This document shows positions 37,722 through 47,499 of a stretch of DNA of 64,000 bases, in pieces. The notes beneath the pieces were generated by a model that did not search any database, was not told the origin of the DNA, and saw only the letters and a list, made by a program, of their open reading frames with translations. Source of the stretch: Rhodanobacteraceae bacterium (GTDB taxonomy: Bacteria > Pseudomonadota > Gammaproteobacteria > Xanthomonadales > SZUA-5); contig JANPJV010000076.1 of assembly GCA_031425695.1 (NCBI GenBank), positions 3,261 through 67,260 on the forward strand, written 5' to 3'. A program made the translations under genes and the position numbers. How positions within the stretch are numbered: the first letter of the stretch is position 1; each line of letters begins with the position of its first letter.

Positions 37722-38680
37722 GTCCGCACGCTTTTCCGGGTGGCGATCAGGCTGGCGATCATGGAAGTGGCGAGGGTCATGGCCACGATCCCCAGGGCCA
37801 ATCCGATCGGAACTTTGTAGAAGTCGGCAATGAGCATCTTCGTGCCGACAAACACCAACACCAGCGCCAGCCCGTACTTGAGGAGATGGAAGCGATTGTT
37901 CAAATCGGCGAGCAGGAAGAACATCGCCCGCAGTCCCAGGACGGCGAAGACGTTTGAGGTAAAGACGATGAACGGATCGCTGGTGATCGCGAAGATGGCC
38001 GGGATCGAATCCACCGCGAAGATCAGGTCGGAGAACTCGATCAGCACCAGCACCAGGAACAGGGGCGTGAACCAGCGCACACCGTCTTTGATCACGGTGA
38101 AGCGCTCCCCGTGATACTCGGTCGAAATGCGCAGGTGTCCACGCATCCAGCGTAGTAGGGGGTTCTTTTCCAGGTCGGTGTTTGCGTCAGCAAAGATCAG
38201 CATCTTGATGCCGGTGATCACCAGGAACGCACCAAAGAAATAGAGAATCCAATGGAACTTCGCCACCAGGACGGCACCGGCAAAGATCGCGATGCCGCGC
38301 ATGACGATCGCGCCAAGCACGCCGTAGAGCAGCACGCGGCGCTGGTACTCGGGTGGCACGGCGAAGTAGCTGAAAATCATGATGAACACGAATACGTTGT
38401 CGACCGACAGCGACAGTTCAATCAGATAGCCAGTCAGGAACTCCAGCGCCTTGGTGTTGGCGACTTCCCGTCCGGCGCTGCCGTCCAGCCACCACCACAA
38501 CAAACCATTGAAGATCAGCGCCAGGCTGATCCAGGCAAACGTCCAGGCACCAGCCTCCCGGGCAGAAACTCGATGGGGGGTCTTGCCACCCAGGACAAAC
38601 AGGTCGAGTGCCAGCATGACCAAGACAAAGACGATGAACCCGATCCAGAAAACCGGCGGGGCAAATGTGGTCAGTTCCAT
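37718..38680 (-). CDS. TerC family integral membrane protein (copy 1)
   Basis: Contains TerC-type repeats ([31 protein letters not shown]). Confidence 0.85.
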   Translation of the reverse strand: MELTTFAPPVFWIGFIVFVLVMLALDLFVLGGKTPHRVSAREAGAWTFAWISLALIFNGLLWWWLDGSAGREVANTKALEFLTGYLIELSLSVDNVFVFIMIFSYFAVPPEYQRRVLLYGVLGAIVMRGIAIFAGAVLVAKFHWILYFFGAFLVITGIKMLIFADANTDLEKNPLLRWMRGHLRISTEYHGERFTVIKDGVRWFTPLFLVLVLIEFSDLIFAVDSIPAIFAITSDPFIVFTSNVFAVLGLRAMFFLLADLNNRFHLLKYGLALVLVFVGTKMLIADFYKVPIGLALGIVAMTLATSMIASLIATRKSVRT

Positions 38681-39573
38681 TGACGTGTTCCTTCAGAGGT
38701 CAGCGTGCCGAGGGCAGCGATGCGCTCGTCGAGGGGAGGGTGACTGGAAAACAGCGCCATCCAGCCGGGTCGGCCATTGATGCCCGCAGTCGCTACGTTT
38801 TTCGGCAAATCGCCGGCTTCCATGCCACCCAAGCGGCGCAGGGCGGCGAGCATCGGTTGCGGCGAACCTAAAAGCGCGGCTGCGCCCGCGTCGGCCCGCA
38901 ATTCGCGCTGACGTGAAAAGTGCATCACGATCAGGCTGGCGAGAATGCCGAAGACGATGTCGCAGATGACCACGGTCACCATGTAGGCGACACCGGGGCC
39001 TTGTTGCTCGCCGTCCCTGCGCAGCATCGAGTCGACCAGCCAGCCGACGACCCGCGCGAGGAAGATGACGAAGGTGTTCACCACGCCCTGGATCAGGGTC
39101 AGGGTCACCATGTCGCCGTTGGCGACATGGGCCACTTCATGCGCCAGAACGGCCTCAGCCTCTTCTCGCGTCATGCTTTGCAAGAGCCCGGTCGACACGG
39201 CGACCAGGGCCTTGCTGCGGCTCGCTCCGGTGGCAAAGGCATTGGCCTCGCCCTCGTAGATCGCGACTTCAGGCATTGGCAACCGGGCCGTGTCTGCCAA
39301 GCGGCGGACCGTTTCCAACAGCCATACCTCGGTTGCGTTTTCAGGTGTAGTGATGACCCGCGCACCCGTTGACCATTTGGCGATGGTCTTGGACATCCAC
39401 AGGGAAATGAAAGCACCGCCGAATCCCATCAGCGCGGCGAACACCAACAGCCGGCCGAGATCGAGTCCACCGCTGCTGGTGAAGTACTTGTGGGCACCGG
39501 TCAGGGTGCAGACCACGCCGAGCACCACCAAGATGGCGAGATTTGTGCCAATGAGCAGCGCGATCCGTTTCAT
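38671..39573 (-). CDS. htpX: membrane zinc protease HtpX
   Basis: Starts [17 protein letters not shown] and contains the HExxH motif [13 protein letters not shown] 39573 is chosen rather than 39594. Confidence 0.9.
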   Translation of the reverse strand: MKRIALLIGTNLAILVVLGVVCTLTGAHKYFTSSGGLDLGRLLVFAALMGFGGAFISLWMSKTIAKWSTGARVITTPENATEVWLLETVRRLADTARLPMPEVAIYEGEANAFATGASRSKALVAVSTGLLQSMTREEAEAVLAHEVAHVANGDMVTLTLIQGVVNTFVIFLARVVGWLVDSMLRRDGEQQGPGVAYMVTVVICDIVFGILASLIVMHFSRQRELRADAGAAALLGSPQPMLAALRRLGGMEAGDLPKNVATAGINGRPGWMALFSSHPPLDERIAALGTLTSEGTRQWN

Positions 39574-40049
39574 ATCGTTGGCTCGCTCATGCACTCATCG
39601 GAGCTTTCGCGGCGCATCAGCTCCACCAGTTCCGGTCGTCCAAGAAACCCGACGCCGCCTGGGTACAAACCCCAGTGGTCGATGGTGGCCAGCAGTACGA
39701 TGTATTCGCTGCTGTGCACTTGGCCGTCAGCATTGACGACTGCAGTGCACAAGCGCAGCACCAGGCTTTGCAGCGTGGGGTCGTCGATCTCGGCAAACAG
39801 CCCGGCAATCATCCCGGCGTCGATGAGGCAGTCTGTCTCTGCGATGGCTGAGGCAAGCAAGTCAGTACAAAAATCGTGGGTGATGTCTTGCCATTCCTGG
39901 CGCGACAATCCGAGCTGTTCGTGGGCAGCGACTGCCTCGAGCGTGGCCAGTTCGGCCGGCTGCAACTGGCCGTCGGCAAGCATGGCCAAAACCACGATTC
40001 GCGCGGCGGCCTGCGGGCTGTTGCGGGGATACGAGCGCAAGCAATTCAT
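39570..40049 (-). CDS. TerB-like domain protein
   Basis: [24 protein letters not shown] and [16 protein letters not shown] resemble TerB/DjlA-N repeats. The call is by eye. Confidence 0.45.
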   Translation of the reverse strand: MNCLRSYPRNSPQAAARIVVLAMLADGQLQPAELATLEAVAAHEQLGLSRQEWQDITHDFCTDLLASAIAETDCLIDAGMIAGLFAEIDDPTLQSLVLRLCTAVVNADGQVHSSEYIVLLATIDHWGLYPGGVGFLGRPELVELMRRESSDECMSEPTI

Positions 40050-40417
40050 GTGCGGGGCTCCTCGTTGGCCACGAGGCCAGTTGCAGCTGCAGGCCCGTCA
40101 GTTGTGCACGAAACGCTGTGCAGATGCTTGACGACCGCGCGACCTGCCTGATCCGCAGCGCGATCGATCACTGTGTGCAAATCGTGACCGACGTCCCTGA
40201 TGAGAACGACGGGAGCACCTGTGAGGTGTACCTGGATGCGGCAAAACTTGTTGAATTCGCCGCGCGGGCCGTGCTCGTTTCCCAAGCGCAAAGTGACGCG
40301 CTGGATGCGGTCCCCATAGCGCGCCAATGCGAATTGAAGTCGGCGCCGTGCATGGTCCGACAATGCTGTTGTGCAGAAGATTCCGAGGCCGCGGATATCA
40401 ATGTTCATCAGGCTCAT
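40046..40417 (-). CDS. HPF/RaiA-family ribosome-associated factor-like protein
   Basis: The 123 aa pattern IDIRGLGIFCTTALSDHARRRL...RVTLRL...CRIQVHL...AIDRAADQAGRAV fits the S30AE/HPF fold. Confidence 0.5.
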   Translation of the reverse strand: MSLMNIDIRGLGIFCTTALSDHARRRLQFALARYGDRIQRVTLRLGNEHGPRGEFNKFCRIQVHLTGAPVVLIRDVGHDLHTVIDRAADQAGRAVVKHLHSVSCTTDGPAAATGLVANEEPRT

Positions 40418-40438
40418 CTTCGAACGCCCTGATATGAA

Positions 40439-40520
40439 GGTGGCTCACACTAAGGCTCCCAGCTAGCGGTTAAAAGTCGAATGTTCTTACTGGTTCAATC
40501 GAAAAAACCGTATGATTCAG
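40439..40520. promoter_or_regulatory. 82 bp conserved upstream element, copy A (upstream of the hpf-like operon)
   Basis: About 80 percent identical, without gaps, to 45773-45854. The core is tcgaatgttctt...tcaatcg(a/t)aaaaaccgtatgatt. Confidence 0.6.
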
Positions 40521-40570
40521 AAGCTGCTCTGACGGCGGCGAGAGTGACGGGCGTGCCCCAAAGTTCGGCT

Positions 40571-42493
40571 CTAAATCCGAACCGGCCCGCCGACTTCCAT
40601 CAGGCGATCCGCCGGGATGCGAAAGTAGCTGCTGGCCGCTGCGGCATTGCGGTGCATGAGCGCAAAGATTTGATCGCGCCACCAGGGCATGCCGCGGTCC
40701 CGGCTCGCGAGCACCGTTTCTCGTCCGGTGAGATAAGTGGCCGTGTCCGGATCGAAGTCGAGATCGACAACAGCGCGGAGCGCTGCGAGCGCGGCCGGGA
40801 TATCGGGCGCCTCCATGAAGCCGAAGCGCGCCACGACGATATGGAAAGCGTCGTTGAGTGTTTGAGCGGTCAGGCGTTCTGCGTTTGGCACATAGGGTAT
40901 GGGCAGGATCTGCACGGTCAGGATGAGATTGCGTTCGTGGATCACTTTGTTGTGGCGCAGGTTGAACGCGAGCGCGCGCGGAACGACGGCGCTCTCGGAA
41001 GTCAAAAACACCGCCACTCCTGGGACACGCTGTGGCGAATTCCGCAGCACCGCGGCTGCAAAGCTCGCCAGCGGGGTGCCTTGTTGATGCAGTTGTCCAT
41101 GCAATAAGGCGCGGCCGCGGCGCCAGGTCCGCATGCAGGTGAACGCCACCAGCCCGATCGCCAGCGTCACCCAGGCGCCGGCGCCGCTGAAGAGCTTCGC
41201 GGCGTTGGCAAACAAGAAGGCCAGATCGATCATCAGAAACAGGGCGCAGAGGGGCAACACCCAGACGCGCGCGCGTTGCCAGCTGGTGTAGGCGACGACT
41301 GCCAGTAGCAGAGTGTCCATCAGCATCGTGCCGGTGACCGATAAGCCATACGCGGATGCGAGTGCGCTCGAGCTGCCGTAACCCACAGCCAGGGCAACCG
41401 TCGCCACGAACAGCAAGCGGTTGATCGCCGGCAGGTAGACCTGCCCCATCGAAGCCTGGGACGTGTACCGAATTCGCAGGCGCGGCAAATAGCCCAGATT
41501 GATGGCCTGCGCAGCCATCGAGAATGCGCCAGTGATGACCGCCTGCGAGGCAATCGCCGCAGCTATCGTTGCCAGCGCGATCATTGGAATCTGCGCCCAG
41601 GCGGGAATGGACAGGTAGAAAGGATTGGCGATGGCGGCCGGGTCGCGCAACAACAGCGCACCTTGTCCAAAATAGTTCAACACGAGTGCGGGGAGAACGA
41701 AGCCGAACCAGCCCCAGCGGATCGGGGCTTTGCCAAAATGACCAAGGTCCGCGTACAGCGCCTCTCCCCCCGTTACGATCAGCACCACGGCACCGAGTAC
41801 CAGGAATGCGTGCCAGCCGTGGTTGGCGAAAAAGTGCACCGCCCACCATGGGTTCATGGCACTGAGGATTTCCGGTTCAGACACGATGCTCGCCAGCCCG
41901 AAGCCGCCAATGGCGAGGAACCAGACCAGCATCACCGGGCCGAAAACGCGACCAACGCGCGCCGTGCCGAAGCGTTGGAGGGCAAATAGCCCGGTCAGGA
42001 TCACCACAGTAATCGGCAAAACCCAAGGGGCCAGGACGGGCGCAACGACCTCGAGACCCTCGACCGCGCCCAGGACCGTGATCGGCGGCGTGATCATGCT
42101 GTCGCCCAGGAACAGAGCTGCCCCAAAAATCCCCAGGACGCCTGCGCAATAGCCCCAGCGCGACGTAACACTTAAGCCGCGTTGCGCCAATGCGGTCAAA
42201 GCCATGATCCCGCCCTCACCACCGTTGTCGGCACGGAGAATGACGATCACGTATTTGACGCTCACGACCAGCATCAGCGTCCAGAACCCAAGGGACATCA
42301 AGCCTTTGATCGTCGCGGGCTCCGGCGTCAACCCAAATTGCGGATTGAACATCTCCTTGACCGTGTACAGCGGGCTGGTACCGATATCCCCAAAGACCAC
42401 TCCGACCGCGCCTACGACCAGTGCGGCGAGTCCAGCGTGACTGGAACCTGCCCGATCGGTGGCGGGCTGCAAACTGTCGTTGGTCTTGTTCAT
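40571..42493 (-). CDS. kup: KUP-family potassium uptake transporter
   Basis: 640 aa, with N-terminal VVFGDIGTSPLYT and a typical C-terminal cytoplasmic domain. Confidence 0.95.
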   Translation of the reverse strand: MNKTNDSLQPATDRAGSSHAGLAALVVGAVGVVFGDIGTSPLYTVKEMFNPQFGLTPEPATIKGLMSLGFWTLMLVVSVKYVIVILRADNGGEGGIMALTALAQRGLSVTSRWGYCAGVLGIFGAALFLGDSMITPPITVLGAVEGLEVVAPVLAPWVLPITVVILTGLFALQRFGTARVGRVFGPVMLVWFLAIGGFGLASIVSEPEILSAMNPWWAVHFFANHGWHAFLVLGAVVLIVTGGEALYADLGHFGKAPIRWGWFGFVLPALVLNYFGQGALLLRDPAAIANPFYLSIPAWAQIPMIALATIAAAIASQAVITGAFSMAAQAINLGYLPRLRIRYTSQASMGQVYLPAINRLLFVATVALAVGYGSSSALASAYGLSVTGTMLMDTLLLAVVAYTSWQRARVWVLPLCALFLMIDLAFLFANAAKLFSGAGAWVTLAIGLVAFTCMRTWRRGRALLHGQLHQQGTPLASFAAAVLRNSPQRVPGVAVFLTSESAVVPRALAFNLRHNKVIHERNLILTVQILPIPYVPNAERLTAQTLNDAFHIVVARFGFMEAPDIPAALAALRAVVDLDFDPDTATYLTGRETVLASRDRGMPWWRDQIFALMHRNAAAASSYFRIPADRLMEVGGPVRI

Positions 42494-42783
42494 TGGATTT
42501 TGAAATGCCTAGAGCGCTGGCGATGAGATCGATATCTAGGCGGCGGTGCTGCAGATCGACAGCCGCGGGGATGGATGTGTGAACCGCCACGAGGGTGGCG
42601 ATGTGGGACGCTGACTCGACGCCCGAAGGCCCGAAACGTATCCGATCAACAATCCGCCCAGGAGCATCGCGCTGGCGCGCGCCGGGAACACCTCGTTGAG
42701 CGTCGCCGACAGCTGCCTCGAATCGAGGCACTCGTCATCGGTTGGCGCGCCGCGGTTGGCAGCGCATTGAGCGGCGACGCTGA

Positions 42784-43587
42784 TCAGGGGGCCGCTTCTG
42801 CCGCAAGCGGCGTTTCGCGAACCTCGATGTGCAGCCGTCCATCGCGGGTGGCGGCTTCCACCAGCAGTTGCCGATCGGCCCGGTACAGTGCCTCCAATGA
42901 CCCGTCGCGCTCGCCGATGACTTGCTCGGCGTAGCCGAGTCCCAATAGTTCCCTGCGCAACTCGCTGACCTGGAAGCCGTCGGACTCAGCCACATAGGTG
43001 TACTCCGCGACCGCACCGGCTTCACGAAAACCCACTTGGCGGACGGGCAGCGCGCTCGGCCAAAGCTGTGGATCCCGCCCAGCAACGGTGGTCACTGCCC
43101 GCGTAACCGAATCCATTTTGGCCGTCACTGCCGCGCTGGCTGCCGCCGCGGTGGCGGCCAGGCTACGTGTGGCCTCCTGCCCGGCGGCATCGACGGCGCG
43201 GTCAATGGCCAACTGCGGTTCCGCCAGAACCTCGGCGGCGCGGTCGCGGGTCTGGTCGACTGTCGCCCGGGCGTCAGCGAGGATGCGGGCGGCATCCTGC
43301 GTCGCCGCAGCGGTCGCCCGCTGCAGAGCGGTTTGCGGCTCCACCAGAACCTCCGCCGCTCGCTCACGCGACGTCGCCACCGTCGCCTTAGCGTCTTCGA
43401 TTGCACGCGTGGCTTCCTGGCGCGATTGCGAGACCGATTCAGTCACGCTGGTGAGCGCTTGCGTGCCCCACTCGGTCAGGTGCCAGACCGCCACGGCACT
43501 GACCACGACGAGCGCAAGGATGGTCACTGCAACAATCCCGACGATGCCGAACAAGATGCCGCGGCGATTGGATTTCAGATTTTTCAT
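42784..43587 (-). CDS. membrane-anchored hypothetical protein with a 2x40 aa helical repeat
   Basis: Starts at MKNLKSNRRGILFGIVGIVAV, preceded by GAAGGAGA. It has one TM helix, then the repeat (E/D)A(T/A)R(A/I)(I/L)(E/A)DA(K/R)ATV...R(E/D)RAAEVL(V/A)EPQ twice. Confidence 0.6.
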   Translation of the reverse strand: MKNLKSNRRGILFGIVGIVAVTILALVVVSAVAVWHLTEWGTQALTSVTESVSQSRQEATRAIEDAKATVATSRERAAEVLVEPQTALQRATAAATQDAARILADARATVDQTRDRAAEVLAEPQLAIDRAVDAAGQEATRSLAATAAAASAAVTAKMDSVTRAVTTVAGRDPQLWPSALPVRQVGFREAGAVAEYTYVAESDGFQVSELRRELLGLGYAEQVIGERDGSLEALYRADRQLLVEAATRDGRLHIEVRETPLAAEAAP

Positions 43588-43598
43588 GAGTGTCTCCT

Positions 43599-44603
43599 TC
43601 AAGAACCAGATGAGGTTGAATGGGTCACGGCTTTGCGGGTCCGATAGAGGCTGTAGACGATGCCGCCGCCCAGCAGCGCTCCCGTAACACCGAGCGAGAC
43701 CATTGGCGCGACCTTGCCGTACACCTGCGCCCAGAAAATCTTGGCGCCGACGAAGATCAGCACGAGCGCCAGCGCGTACTTGAGGTAGTGGAAGCGATCG
43801 ACGACTGCGGCGAGCGCGAAATACAGTGCGCGCAGGCCCAGGATGGCGAAGATGTTCGAGGTGTAGACGATGAACGGGTCCTGGGTGATGGCAAAAATCG
43901 CCGGCACCGAATCGACCGCAAAGATCAAGTCGACGAACTCGACCAGCACCAGCGCCAGGAATAGCGGCGTTGCCCACCACACCAGTTTTGCCGAGGGCGA
44001 AGCGTCTTTGGGCGCACGCACGAAGAAGCGGCTCCCGTGCAACGCGGGCGTGACCCGCATCCGCCTTTGCAGGAATCCAATGAATGGGTTGGACGCCAGA
44101 TCCGGCTTGCTATCGACCATCCAGAGCATCTTCACGCCAGTCAGCAGCAGGAAGGCGCCGAAGATCCACATGATCCAGTCGAAGCGTGTAATCAGCGCCG
44201 CCCCGAGCCCGATCATCACCGCGCGCATCACGATGACACCGAGAATTCCCCAGAACAGCACGCGGTACTGGTAAGCCGGCGGGATCGCGAAATAAGTGAA
44301 GATCATCGCGATCACGAAGACATTGTCGATCGCCAACGTCTTTTCGATCATGAAGCCGGTCAGGTACTCCATGCCCGAATTGGCGCCGAGGTACCACCAC
44401 ACCCACGCACCGTACAGCAGTGCCAGGGCGATGTATCCGATCGACAAGACGATGCTCTCGCGAATGCCGATCACGCGATCGTTCCGGTGCAGGACGCCGA
44501 GATCAAAGGCCAGCAGCACCGCGACGATGCCGACGAAACTGAGCCAAAGCCAAGCCGCCTTGCCCAGGAACTCCTGGGCGAGGAACATTTCTATCGAGTC
44601 CAT
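43599..44603 (-). CDS. TerC family integral membrane protein (copy 2)
   Basis: Contains EKTLAIDNVFVI and [19 protein letters not shown]. Confidence 0.85.
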   Translation of the reverse strand: MDSIEMFLAQEFLGKAAWLWLSFVGIVAVLLAFDLGVLHRNDRVIGIRESIVLSIGYIALALLYGAWVWWYLGANSGMEYLTGFMIEKTLAIDNVFVIAMIFTYFAIPPAYQYRVLFWGILGVIVMRAVMIGLGAALITRFDWIMWIFGAFLLLTGVKMLWMVDSKPDLASNPFIGFLQRRMRVTPALHGSRFFVRAPKDASPSAKLVWWATPLFLALVLVEFVDLIFAVDSVPAIFAITQDPFIVYTSNIFAILGLRALYFALAAVVDRFHYLKYALALVLIFVGAKIFWAQVYGKVAPMVSLGVTGALLGGGIVYSLYRTRKAVTHSTSSGS

Positions 44604-44612
44604 GGTGATTCC

Positions 44613-45755
44613 TTAGGCGAGTAAACGAAGCTTTCGGCGCGCTATCAGCGGGTCGAGCCAGGCCAGGGCGACATAGGCGAAGCGTCGGTAGACCCTGGTC
44701 AGCAACCTTGGTGTTTCGCTGCGAAATGGACGCGCGTGCTGCTGAATCTGGTCGACAATGGCGCGCGCCTGCGTAGCGACGCCGGCATCCTCGATCCTGA
44801 GCATCAGGTCGAAGTTGATGCGCAGACTGCGCGGATCGAAATTCGCCGAGCCGAGGTAGACCACGTCGTCGGCAACCACAAGCTTGGCGTGCAACATGGC
44901 TGGAAGGTACTCATAGGCGCGGATGGCGGTCTGCGCGAGCCCCTCCAGCACATGCGCGGAGGCGTGATGTGCGAGCGCCACGTCGCCCGCCGCCGGGACA
45001 ATGATGCGGACCTGTCCGCGCCTGGCGACACCCGCGAGGAGCTTGCGGAGCCGAGTCGTCGGGACGAAGTACGCGGCCAGCACGTCGATGCTGCGAGCGC
45101 GTGCAAGGTCACGGTGCAGTCGGCGGCGATAACGGCGGCCGCCACGACCTGCCCCGGCGAAGAACAGCTCCCAATCTGCCCCGTGGCCGGCTTGCGGCAT
45201 CGTGGCCGCAGTCGGCAAGTGGTCGAAGGGCGCCAGTTCCCACATGTGCGCGAAGGAACGCGCCAGCGTGGCCACGCATTCCGGCTCATGAACACAGACA
45301 CCAAGATCACGCCAGCCTTGCTCGATCCCATCGCCGTCGTACTCGTCGGCCACATTGCAGCCACCGACGAATGCTTGGCCGGCGTCGATCACCACCAGCT
45401 TTCTGTGATTGCGAAAGCTGAGTCGGGTCAAGCGCCTGGGGTTGAACCATTCAAGCTGGACACCCGCCGCCGCCATTTCGCCGAACGTCAGTTGCGCTCC
45501 CTCGCTGCCGAAGGCGTCGAGGAGCACGCGAACTTGGCAACCACGACCGGCTGCCCGTGCCATCGCGGCCCCAAGGCGGTCGGCCAACTGACCAGGCGAC
45601 CAGACGTAGAACTCGACGTCGATCGAGCACCGTGCGCGATCGATCGCCTCGAGAATGGCCGCGAACCATTCGCGGCCCGTTGCGTACCAGGCGAGGGACG
45701 GCGCTACCGAGGTCAGCATGGCAGGGGTGCGCACTGATGAATCAACCAGAAGCAT
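44613..45755 (-). CDS. phospholipase D / cardiolipin synthase-like protein (two HKD motifs)
   Basis: Contains HRKLVVIDAGQAFVGGCN and LHAKLVVADDVVYLGSANFDPRS. The start is placed at MLLVDSS (45755), because the upstream part of the ORF covers the conserved non-coding element. Confidence 0.8.
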   Translation of the reverse strand: MLLVDSSVRTPAMLTSVAPSLAWYATGREWFAAILEAIDRARCSIDVEFYVWSPGQLADRLGAAMARAAGRGCQVRVLLDAFGSEGAQLTFGEMAAAGVQLEWFNPRRLTRLSFRNHRKLVVIDAGQAFVGGCNVADEYDGDGIEQGWRDLGVCVHEPECVATLARSFAHMWELAPFDHLPTAATMPQAGHGADWELFFAGAGRGGRRYRRRLHRDLARARSIDVLAAYFVPTTRLRKLLAGVARRGQVRIIVPAAGDVALAHHASAHVLEGLAQTAIRAYEYLPAMLHAKLVVADDVVYLGSANFDPRSLRINFDLMLRIEDAGVATQARAIVDQIQQHARPFRSETPRLLTRVYRRFAYVALAWLDPLIARRKLRLLA

Positions 45756-45772
45756 CACTTGGCCTCCGCGAC

Positions 45773-45854
45773 GGTGGCTCACCTTAAGACTCCCGGTTAG
45801 CGGTGTAAATTCGAATGTTCTTGGTGTATCAATCGTAAAAACCGTATGATTTAG
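45773..45854. promoter_or_regulatory. 82 bp conserved upstream element, copy B (between the PLD operon and the divergent LysR gene)
   Basis: See copy A. It contains TATGAT 7-8 nt upstream of the regulator start codon. Confidence 0.6.
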
Positions 45855-45857
45855 GTG

Positions 45858-46790
45858 ATGAACCTCAAGCACCTTCAGTACTTCGCGCAGGTCGCCAAAG
45901 CCGGTAGCGTCGTTCGTGCGAGCGAGATCCTGCACCTGACCCCGCAGACCATCAGCGGGCAAATCCAGCTTCTCGAAGAGGCCTTGGGAAGCGCGTTGTT
46001 TGCCAAGAGCGGGCGTGGGCTGGTGCTCACCGACGCCGGGCGCCTGGCTTTGGGATACGCAAATGAGATCTTCTCGCTGGGTGCCGAGCTTGAGGAGGCC
46101 GTCCGCGGACATCAAACCCAGGGACGCGCGCTGGAGTTTCGAGTCGGCGTCGTCGACGTCGTACCCAAATCGATCGCCTACCGTCTGGTCGAGCCCGCGA
46201 TGCAGCTACCGGAACCCGTGCGGGTGGTTTGTCGGGAATGGAAACTTGACAGCCTTTTGGCGGAATTGGCATTGCACCGGCTCGATCTAGTCATCGCCGA
46301 TGCTGCAATCCCGGCCTCAGTCAGCGTGCGCGCGTTCAGTCACCGCCTCGGTACTTCGGCTGTGAGCTTCTTTGCGGCGCCGGCATTGTTCGAACGGCAC
46401 CGCGGGGTGTTTCCGAAATGCCTCGACGGTGCCCCATTGTTGATGCCAGGAGAAGACTCGGCCTTAGGCCAGCGTCTGCGCGCGTGGTTCCTCGATCACG
46501 ATCTGCACCCGCGAGTCGTTGGCGAGTTCGATGACAGTGCCCTGGCGAAGGAATTTGGACGCCGTGGCGCAGGCATCTTCGTCGGCCCATCGGTGTTGGC
46601 GCACGAGATCGAAAAGCAGTACGGCGTGCGCAAGCTGGGCGATGCGGATGGTGTCGAGGACGCGTTTTTCGCGATCTCGGTCGAGCGCCGCATTACCCAT
46701 CCGTGCGTCGTTGCGATTACCCAATCGGCCCGCAACAACTTGTTCGCGTTGTCTTCCAAAGCCAAGCCGCAACGCGCGGCGAGGCGCTGA
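45858..46790 (+). CDS. LysR-family transcriptional regulator, NhaR-like
   Basis: The N-terminal HTH LKHLQYFAQVAKAGSVVRASEILHLTPQTISGQIQLLEEALGSALF closely follows the NhaR pattern LTPQTI(T/S)GQI. Confidence 0.85.
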   Translation: MNLKHLQYFAQVAKAGSVVRASEILHLTPQTISGQIQLLEEALGSALFAKSGRGLVLTDAGRLALGYANEIFSLGAELEEAVRGHQTQGRALEFRVGVVDVVPKSIAYRLVEPAMQLPEPVRVVCREWKLDSLLAELALHRLDLVIADAAIPASVSVRAFSHRLGTSAVSFFAAPALFERHRGVFPKCLDGAPLLMPGEDSALGQRLRAWFLDHDLHPRVVGEFDDSALAKEFGRRGAGIFVGPSVLAHEIEKQYGVRKLGDADGVEDAFFAISVERRITHPCVVAITQSARNNLFALSSKAKPQRAARR

Positions 46791-46869
46791 TCCGAGCTCG
46801 CTGCGATCGGAGAAAGACGTCGCGGCTCGCGGCTGCACACTGTGATGGAAAACGACCATCTGAGCGCGA

Positions 46870-47499
46870 CTAGGCACAGTCCCCGACATCGACTGATCGC
46901 AGCCAGAACACCACCTGGCGCGCCAGCAGTCCGGCGGCCTCGCGCAGTGCTGCGGTTGCCGCAGCCGCATTCCCCGGACCGCCGGCAGCTTCGACGCTGA
47001 TCGGCTCGGAGCTCGCCAGCACGCGCGCGTCGCGTTCGCAGATCAGGCGCAGGGTGATTTGCGCCTGCACCTTGAAGGCACCATCGACATCCTGGATCTC
47101 GAAGGCCTGCAGGTCGCTGGAGAGGCGAAACGGCAGTGCGTACGACGTCGAACCGAGGGCAACGCCGGGCGCGGCGCCGGCAGTTTCGATCTGCCGCGCG
47201 ATCAAGTCTTGCAGCAACTCAGGGGCCGGTGCCGCCCAGCGCACGCCGGGCAGGGTCTGCAGCTCGCCGTCACGTTGACGGACGATGATGTCGACGCCAT
47301 CGAGCGGCGCCAGCGCGCGCGGCAGTTCCACCAGCAGCGCGCCGGGCAGCGTGCCCTTCGCCTGCATCGGTGCCGGCGCCGGAAGCGCGTAGACGGCCTT
47401 TTCCTTGGCCTTGGGCAACAAGCCACCCAGGCATGCCGGCAGCGCCGGCAACAGCGCGAGCAGCACTAGCCAGCGTGCGGAACGCGAAATCTGCATCAT
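46870..47499 (-). CDS. ABC-transport auxiliary lipoprotein (PqiC/DUF330-like)
   Basis: Has the lipobox LPALPAC, is about 200 aa, and lies downstream of the MCE protein. Confidence 0.65.
   Translation of the reverse strand: MMQISRSARWLVLLALLPALPACLGGLLPKAKEKAVYALPAPAPMQAKGTLPGALLVELPRALAPLDGVDIIVRQRDGELQTLPGVRWAAPAPELLQDLIARQIETAGAAPGVALGSTSYALPFRLSSDLQAFEIQDVDGAFKVQAQITLRLICERDARVLASSEPISVEAAGGPGNAAAATAALREAAGLLARQVVFWLRSVDVGDCA

Noticed and set aside
38680-38700. Looked for a yybP-ykoY (Mn2+) riboswitch upstream of the two TerC genes (also at 44603-44613)
   Set aside because: Both terC genes overlap or abut the preceding gene (htpX at 38671-38680; the PLD stop at 44613), leaving no room for a leader RNA.
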